From: Planctomycetaceae bacterium
GTDB taxonomy: Bacteria; Planctomycetota; Planctomycetia; Planctomycetales; Planctomycetaceae
Assembly (NCBI GenBank): GCA_046156195.1
Contig: JBJXEX010000429.1
Coordinates: 6,882-70,881, forward strand
DNA length: 64,000 nt
Reading direction: 5' to 3'
Shown here one piece after another: positions 14,501 through 23,500 of this stretch (positions are counted from its first letter, which is position 1; every line of letters begins with the position of its first letter). The notes below the pieces were generated by a model, which had not been told where the DNA came from, did no database searches, and saw only the letters and a program-made list of their open reading frames with translations. The translations under genes and the position numbers were made by a program.

Positions 14501-17500
14501 ACTCTTGACCGTTGGTGATATCGGCTTTGTTGATGATGACCGTGAATCCCCCGGTAACTCCCGGGCGCGTCGAATAAAAGTTGAGATTGGAAATTGAAGC
14601 GCTGGCGGTCGTCACACCTGCCAATTGAATCTCACCGACGAAGCCGAGATTGCTGTTATTGCTGTTCACGTCGCGAGCGTCGCCCGTGTCTGAATTGCCA
14701 CGATACAGCTTGGAGTTGCTCCCCTCGGTCACGGAGTAAAACAGGCTCCAATACTCGCCGGCAGAGGGGCCGTTGCGGCGGAAGGTCAATGCTTCCACGT
14801 TGTCGGTGTGCGTGATCTCGTTCGCATTGCCGTTGAACGCGATCGTCGAACCATTCAACCCGCTGATAATGTTGTCTGGTCCGACGACCGTGACTGCGGT
14901 GCCGGTTCCCGTGTCGAGTGTCACCAGTTGCCCGGCCGTCGCGTTTCCTTGCGAGCCATTTTCGCCGGTATTCGAATCCAACTGCTGATAGCCATACAGC
15001 ACGCCGTTGGACCGCATGACGATGTCTTGCGTTCCGGTGTTTCCAGACAGTCCACCGTAGTCGATGGTCTGCGTACCGGTCAGCGGATTGACCGCGAAGA
15101 GATTATTGGCCTGCGTCACGAACAATTTGACGTCGGCGAAACTAAACGGCCGGACGTGGGTGCTCAGCGTGGACGTGTCGGTGATATCCAGCAGCGGCCC
15201 GCTGATTGGCGTTCGCGCGTTGCCGTTCGACGTGTAGCCCGTGAAGCCGATGTGATCTTCCGCGACGCGGACAACCGAGTTGACCGGTTCCAGGCGAACG
15301 CGAGTGTTGGCCAGCGACGCCGTGTCGAGGAAGTAGGCATTCATCGCCTGGGGCAATCGCCCGTTGTTGACCACCGCCAAGTAATAGAACGTCGGACTAA
15401 TGCTGTCCGGCCCGTAGCTGCTGAACTCGGGGAAGATGGCCGTGCCGATGAACGGATCCAGCACGCCGCCCGATCCGCGCGACAGATCATCCACATCGCC
15501 CCCCAGTTGTCCGGGAGCGGCTTGATCGTCCGCCACGTTCGATTCGCGGCCGACGTAGACCAACTCACCCGCATCCGTGAAGACGGCGAAGGTTGTGTCG
15601 GGACGGTTGAAACCGTCGGCCCAATCCAGGTCGATGATGGTCGCCCAAGGTTTGCCGCCCCCGTTGACCCCCTGAATCTCTTGAATCTTCGCGTAGTCGA
15701 TATGGAACTTGTAGAAGTCCACATCACCTTGGCCTGTCAGGTTGCCACCCACGCTGAAGTTGTTCCGTTCGGACTGCAACAGGTTGCCCAATTGCACGGC
15801 GGTCGTGGGAGTGGCGTTGTTATTCGTGGCGTCATTCGTGCCGACTTCCGTGACTTGCCCGGTCAACGGGCTGTGATACGGCAGGCCCTGCACATGGATG
15901 CCGTTCTGCGCGTAGCGGATGTCGGCGAACTTGACCATCACGCCGGGAACTTCGTCGTTCTGCCGCAAGCGAATTTGCAGTTGATACTCGCCGCTGGTCA
16001 GACCGCCGTTGGTGTCCTCAATGTTGTTCTCCAACACCGACCGACCATTGAAGGGTGTGCTGCGGACCCGCACGAAGTAAGTGCTCGTCGTACCGGCCGT
16101 CCCATTCAGGAACAGTCTCATGCCCCCTTCGTTGCTGGTGGTGGCAAAGAAGTCGCCGCCGAGCGTGGGGAGTTTCTGGATCGTCAACGGAGTCACGCCG
16201 GTGGGAGTCAGCGTGTTGTTGTCTTCCGAGCGAGCCAGAATGGTTCCGGTCGAGCTGAGAAACTCGATGATCGTATTCAGGTTCGGGTTGACCTCATCGA
16301 TATCCAGCCAGACTTCGGTGTTGGCTTCCCCCTTGAAACTGTAGATATCGACGTCCGTGGGATCGTCTTCGGCGATCGAGCCGTGGATCTCGAAACCAGA
16401 GCGGCGGTTTTCATCCGCGCTCTTGTTGTTGGGAGCCAGTTCGCCCAGGAACTGCGAAGTGTTGTTGCTGCTGCCGGTCAGCGTGCCGTTGAGGTCATTA
16501 CCGTTGGTAACCGCCCCTTCAAATTCATTCACCAACACCACATTGCGGTCGTTGGCGTACTTATCGATGAGGATTTCGCTCCAGTACTGAGCAACGCTGG
16601 GGATGGTGCTACCATCATTGTTGGTGTCGAACTGGGGGAAGCCGGTGGGGTCCAAGCTGGCCCCATAGGTGTCATCGAACACCGAGGTCAGCACGACCGG
16701 GAAGCCGGGCGCTCCCAGAATGTGCAGCGTGCCGCCGATGCGATCATCAATGTCGAGCGGCCCGTCATCGCCATTACTTTCGAGTAGACCGTCGCCATCC
16801 TTGTCCGCCCGGCCAATTTCAAAACCAGCGTTTTGACCTAGTTTGACCACCAGGCTGGCATCCGTGGCGCTTTGCAGTCGCAGGCCCGTGGCCGTATGGA
16901 AATTGTCCACGCTGATGCGGCCGGACTGGATCACATGCACGATGTCCGTGTCGTCCCAAACCCCTTGGCCGATGATCTCGCCGGCTCGGATTTCCATCCC
17001 CAGCGTGCCATTGAATCCGGTGATGTCGTTGTCCATCCGATTCAAGCGGACCAGCGGTCCCTGATTGCTGGCGAACTGAGTGAACGAGTCGCTGCGGCCC
17101 GTACTGCGGCCCAAGTCGGTGACGTTGACGTCCAACAGCGAATTGACATCAATGCTGATGACGCTGCCGTCATTGTTCTGGAAGACGTTGTCAACGATCA
17201 CCGGCTGCGCGCCGCGGATGAACACGGTCGCGCCGTCATTGTTGCCGCGTCCGTTGCGAGTGCTCCCTGTCTGACCGCTGGCATTGAACTGGAAGACGCT
17301 GTTGGTCAGTCGCAGGTCCGCTTCGTGGAACTCCAACGTGTTGAAGTTCGCCGAAGTGCCTTCGATCGGCACCGAACCTCCCGCATAGGAGAACTGTGCA
17401 TAGTCGAAGCTGGCTTGTCCGCCGAGGTTGAAGATAACTCCGCCCCAGTCCCCCCGCCCCGGCTGATTCGAGACCGGTGAAGCGGTAAAGGTGCCGGTGG

Positions 17501-20500
17501 TCGGGTTGGGATTGGCGATGTAGCCGTCGCTGGAGGAATCGAAGGTGCCACTGGCTCCGCCAAACCGATCATCCTTCAACGAGGTGAAGATGACCGGGTT
17601 CTCGGCCGTCCCTTCGGCAATCAAGAGGGGCGAACCGCGTTCGCCCTCGATGCGTGCATTGCGAACCTTCAACACGACGCCGGGATCGATCGTCAATCGG
17701 CCACCCAGGCGAGCCAACAGGTCGCCACCTTTGGTGACAGGATTCAACCGCACCGCGCCCCCCACCAAGGGAGAGGCACCGGCGGTCGGGGCCGGGTCGT
17801 TGTCCACGGTCAGCGGCAGGATGTCCAAACTTCCCAGCTTGTTGACGAATTCAATCGAAATACTGGCTTGCGGGAACGGGCCGCCTGTCACCAAGACGTT
17901 GCCGTCTCCGATGCCATTGAGCCGTTCGAGCGCGTTTTGAATCTCCACGTCCGAGGCGGTCGGCGACAAAGAAATCGTCGTCGTGGCCAGATTCACCGCC
18001 GAGCCGCCAGCATGTGGGGCGGCGACGGTGTCGTTGATCCCGCGGATCACCCACACTTGATTGCCCGTGATATCGGTGACCGCCAGTTGTTCTCCAGCAA
18101 TCCCGCCGATCGCGATGTTGAAGTCCACCGTGTTGATGTCGGTGTCCACCGTCGGCAGAGCGCTGGAATTCGCGACTTGAATCGTCCGCTGCCTCACCAT
18201 TCCCATCGCAGTTGTGTGCAGCGCGGCGGTCGTGCCGTTGAATCCACGAACCACGGTCAGAATGTTGCCCGTCGCGTTCGTCACGGCCATTTGCTCGCCG
18301 TTGATCTGAATGATGTAGTCCGTCGAGCTACCCAGCGCGTCAACGGCTCCCAAATCGGCCGCGTTCGTCACCTCGATGCTGACCACGGAGACCGTGCGTC
18401 CCAATGCCAAGTGCTGCGCTCGCGTGGTGTTGTTGAAGCCGCGGATCACCGTCAGCGTGTTGCTCACGCGGTGAGTGACCGCCATGTCCTCGTTGTCGAG
18501 CCGAATGATGTAGTCGATGGTTCCGACAATACCATCATCGGTCCCCAGCGCGCCGGCGTTCAACACGTTAAACGACGTCTGTGTGAGCGTCGTGATCTGC
18601 GACGTGTTCACCGTCGTGGTGATGATCGCGTTTTCCGCCAGTTGGCTCGTCCCCACGCCGATGGCCAGCGGCAGCGAGGTCGAAGCGGATGGAGCGAACG
18701 TCGGCCCGTTGTAAGTCAGCGTGAAGTTGCCCCCCGTCGCTTTCCCCAACATCTCCAACTCTTGAACCTCGTTGGTCACCAGCGGGCCGGCGGCATGGCC
18801 CACCAGGAACAGGTTCTCGGTCAACACATGCGTGATATCCGTGTCATCGAACCGAGCCAGCGTCGCCAGCTTGTCGATCGTCTGATCGGGGAATGTCTCG
18901 ATGCGGATAAACAGCCCATTGACCGAGTTGTTCGTGACCGTGTTGCCATGCACGTCCGGGCCAATGCGGTCGAAGGTATCCTCGAAGCTGTTCGGACTAG
19001 CGGAGATCGCCGCGTCATTGCTGTTGGTGATGCGGTTGAAGGCGATCGTGGGACGCTCATCAATGATGTGAATCGGCGTGAAGACCAAGTCCGGCACCGA
19101 GTTCACGACCACTTGTCCGCCACCGTAGCTCAGATCAGCGTGGAAGACCGAGTTCAAGAAGATGTCCGCGCCGTCGCGGTCCCCTTGCACGTTGTCGTTC
19201 ATGTCCGAGTCGGTGCGGAACACCAGTCCGCCCCATTGCCCGGCCACGGGCCCGCCGGAGGCCGCGTCTGTATCGCCGCCGATCGCGTCGTTACGGAACG
19301 TCGTGAAGAACACTTCGACTCCCGGCGTCCCGAGAACTTGCAGTGCGCCGTCCTGCCGGTCGAGACCTTGAATCGACGTGCCAACGTCAATGTTCGCTTC
19401 TTGCAGCTTGAACACCGCTCCGGCGTCAATCATCAGCGTGACGCCTTGTGGAACATCCAAGTTGGTGCCGTCGGCCAGTGGGTTCTTTTGCGGCGTATTG
19501 TCCACGCCGATCAGATAGGGAGTCGCGTCAGCTTCGGTCGCCAAGTTTCCGTCGGCACCGCCGTTGCCCACGATCCGAATGATGTTCGACGCCGTCAGCA
19601 AGCCGTGCGTCCCTTTGACGTCCAACGACTTGATGTTCGTCAGGTCGATCAACCCAGCCGCCGTGTTGGAAGTCACGGCAACCGTGTTGGACAGACTGTC
19701 CGCGACGATCTCAGTGTTGATTGCCGCCGTGATGGCGTTGACGACGTCGGCCACAGTCATGGCCGCAGTCAAGTCAATGCGGGCATTCGAGCCGATCACC
19801 GGGGTTGCTCCCCCCAGCTTGTCGAACTCAAAGACGCGAGTGTCATTGATGCCATCGTCGAGGACGAACAAGTCACCGTCATTGATGTCGGCGGGGCCGT
19901 TCACCGGCACCACGATCCGCGAAGCGGCACGCCTCACCGCCGAGTCGATGTCGTCGTACGGATTGGCGAGAGATCCGACCGTCGGAAACGCCTGAGAAGC
20001 GGTCGTGGTCTTGTCGACAAAAATCGTATTGCCCGTCTGGAACCAGAAGTTGAACTGTCCCCCCGCATTCCCATCGGCGTCACCATCAAACCCAGTGGTC
20101 TGGGCCGTGGCCGACGCGGCCGGGTTGGACTGGTTATCGCTGTCAGTCAGTTGCGACGCCGGCGCTGAGGCTCGGAAGTTCAATTGCAGATCGTAGGTTC
20201 CCTGCGTCTGACCACCGAAGCCAGTATCGGAAACCGTGGGATCGTAGGCCGTGTTGCCCGACGCCGAGACACCGACGTAGTAAGTGCCGGCCGACAGCTC
20301 AACGCCAATGAACGAGTCGTGCCCGTTGTAGTCGTCGTTCCGCGAAATCACTTCGCGGTTGCCACCGACCAGTTCGATCGTGGTGGGCGACATGACTCCG
20401 CCCACGTTGGTGGTCGCCGTCCCCGTGAACGAAGCCTGCAACAACAGTCGAGCGGTCGGATGCGCATTGATCGCGTTGACCACCGCTTGCACCGTCGTGC

Positions 20501-23500
20501 CCGTGGTATCGACATCGACATTGATCTGGTGGCCGGTGACGGTCACGGTCGGCACGCCATTCAACGCTCCGAGGTGATCGCTCGAAGTGACGACGACGTT
20601 CAGGTCATTCCCCAAAACGCCCGCCGATCGCGCCGTGAATTTCACATCCACCGCGCCCGGACCCGTGGTCCCGAAACTGGAATTGGCCGTGGCATACGGG
20701 TCGCGGAACAGCGTCAACGCACTATCCAGCGGGCTGCTGGGAGTCTGACGCTGCGAATTGACCTCCGCCGTGAAATAACCGGTCTCGGTCAGACTGAATT
20801 TGTAGAGATCAATGTCCGTCGAATGGTTCGGATAGATGCGATTCAAATGGACGTAGTCGTGCTCGCCACCCGGAGTCTCAGTAACGGTGCCGCCTCCCAT
20901 GAAGGCATGCAAGTCGTAGGCGTGACCGAGTCCAACCGCATGTCCCAATTCGTGAATCGCGACTCCAAACCAGCCACCTTGGTAGATGTCATCGCCACCC
21001 AGCGCGGCGAAGTTCATCAAGACCTGACCGCCTGACGCCACGCCCGGAACCGTGTTCGGAATCCCGATGACCGTGAGATCGCCGCTAATCATCTGGATCG
21101 AAGGACCGAGCGATTCGGCCACTTCCTGGAACCGAATCCCCGAATGCCGGCTGAAGAGTTCCAGAATCTGCCGAGTCAGTTCCTTCTGGCCTTCCGTAAT
21201 CAGGTTCGGCAAGCCGCCGCTGTAGGTTCCGGGAAAACCAAAAGTACGCACGCCCAAGGCACCAGCCGAGGAACCGTGGTTCTCGGCGGGCACATCTCGA
21301 TGGCCAGGCTCACCGTCGTCGCCGGGGAACGCCGGCAACGTCACCCAGGACTGCGGCGTAATCGCGCCGGTCAGCGAGCGACTGGCGTTCCCCAGTTCGC
21401 CCACATTGGTCGCGAAGTCGTAACTGGAGTTGTCGTCGGCATTCTGAATCACGGTGACGATGTCGCCCGCACTGTGGACGGACGGAGCACCCCCCGACAA
21501 CAACCCGCGCACCACGGTGAGGGCACCGGTCGGCACATTGACGTGCGTGACACCCATCTGCTCGGTACCGATTTGAATCGTGAAATCGACCGTCGTCGCC
21601 AAGGCATCGACAACCGGCAAGCGCGCCGCATCGGCGGGACTGACGAAAAACGTCGTCGAGGAGAGCGAGTTATTCGTCAACGACAATTGTGTTGTGACGC
21701 TGGTCGGGACATTGATATCCAGACGGTAAGAACCAGTGGTCGTCCCCAAAACCGGTGTACTGGTCGGGCTGGCCCCGGAGTCGTAAACATTGTTTCCGCT
21801 GCTCGAAACGCCGATGAAATACGTTCCAGCATCGAGAACGGCGGAGGTCAGCGTATCCACCGTGCCGTTGCCGACGCCGTTGGCGAATTGCAACTCGGTC
21901 CCAGAGTTGTTGAACAATCGGAGATAGGTGTCGTTCCCGGTCACGCCACCGACTGGCGTGACGGCGGCGGTGATCGTCCCGCCCGCGAAGAGTTTGAATT
22001 CATACAGATCGACGTCGTTCTGACGGTTCCCGTCGTCTCCCAGAAACGCGGTCGTCGTGTAAGCCGGCGCTCCAGCGAACAACGTCCCCAACTGCACGGC
22101 GTTGCCACGCGTGCTGTCATCTTCTGGCGACGTTCCAATCTGCAACCGGAATGTTCCGGTGGGAATCGCGGAGGCGAATGTCAGCGTCGCCAAGTCCTGT
22201 GTCGGGTCGTAGGCCACGCTCATCGGCAAAGCGATCGTGTCGTCCGTCGCGTCGGCCGTCCCCTTGGTGTCGTACAACTGGTAGAAGGCCGGATTCTCAG
22301 CCGCGATCGACGTGTCGATCAGGTCATCGTTGTTGAAATAAACCTGAATCTGGTCGGATGCCTGCGACAACGCCCCGCTCGGTAACCGCGTCACCGGCTG
22401 CGGAACCACCGAGATAACTTGCGCGGCGAGATCCAACTCGAATTGAAGCTGATCGTCCACGCCGTCGCCGAAGAAGTTGGCTCCTGACCTGATAGCTGGT
22501 GCGGCGGATGAATTCGACAACGACAGAGTCGCTGGCGTCGCAGTCGTCGCCCCCGCAGTGACAATCGGAGTGATTCCCGTCGCAGTCAATGACATCAGAT
22601 TCGCACGGATCAGAGCGTTCGCGGACAACGCGGTCACCAGACCATTGGCTGTCGTGAGATTCGCCGCGTTGCTGCTGAGCGTGATGGTGACAGTCCGCAT
22701 CGCCACGTTGGTCGCCACCAACGGAATTGCCGTTGCGGCGGCCGGGTTCGTGAGGAAGCTGACCGCAACATCCTGCCCCGGCCCCGAGGCCACCGCCTCA
22801 AAGCCCAACCAGACGGCTCCCGATGTTCCAAAGTCACTGAAGGCATGAGCGCGAACGTCCGCGCCATGCACTTCGATCAAATAGTGATCATCGGGCGTCG
22901 TCTGAGCGAATCGATAGATGACCTTGTTCGGTTCGGCGGCGCTCAACCGGTCGATGTAGGCCGGCAGCAAAAGCTGTTGCGACGTGTCGTTCGCCCCACC
23001 CAAAGAGATCACGGCGCTGGCAGGAACGGTCAACGCCTGCCCGCTCGCCCCCGTGAAAGTTGCCGTCACGAGACCGCTCGCATCCGTGTCAGCCGCCAAG
23101 GCGTCTAAGAGATGCTGGGCCGTCGTTTCCACGCCGACTTGATTGTTCAACGTGATGAAGATGTTGTCGCCGACCCGCCGAATATCGGGCACAGCAGTGC
23201 CGACATTCCCACTGAGAACATGCAGTTGGATGCGATTCCCTTCGGTGCCAACGCGCGTCGCGGTGAAGGTGAAATCCGCAGGGCCGAAGTCGATCGCGGC
23301 GGACGTCGCCTTGCTGAAATTGAAGCCGCCATCCTGCCCACTGCGGAAAATCTGAATGCCGCCTGGCGTCGAAGATGTCCCCAACGTGGAGGTGTCAATC
23401 GCCTGGCCGGGGCTGAATTGAAACGTCAGCTCGCGCGGCGCGTCGGTACGAATGTCAGTGCCGGTGGGGTTCAGGAACAACCCGATATTGGGAGTCACTG

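Noticed and set aside
17441-17458. RGD tripeptide (QPGRGDWGG) in the giant protein as a possible integrin-type adhesion motif.
   Set aside because: It is part of the recurring G(D/Q)WGG beta-helix motif. The paralogous copy at ~19230 reads GQWGG, so the RGD is most likely fortuitous.
11148-22385. Other plus-strand ORFs of 280-770 aa (11148-12329, 13527-14495, 14808-16787, 17868-20168, 20184-21035, 21144-22385).
   Set aside because: All are Arg-rich antisense frames inside the giant minus-strand CDS. The metzincin, PPC and beta-helix motifs are all found on the minus strand in one consistent frame.
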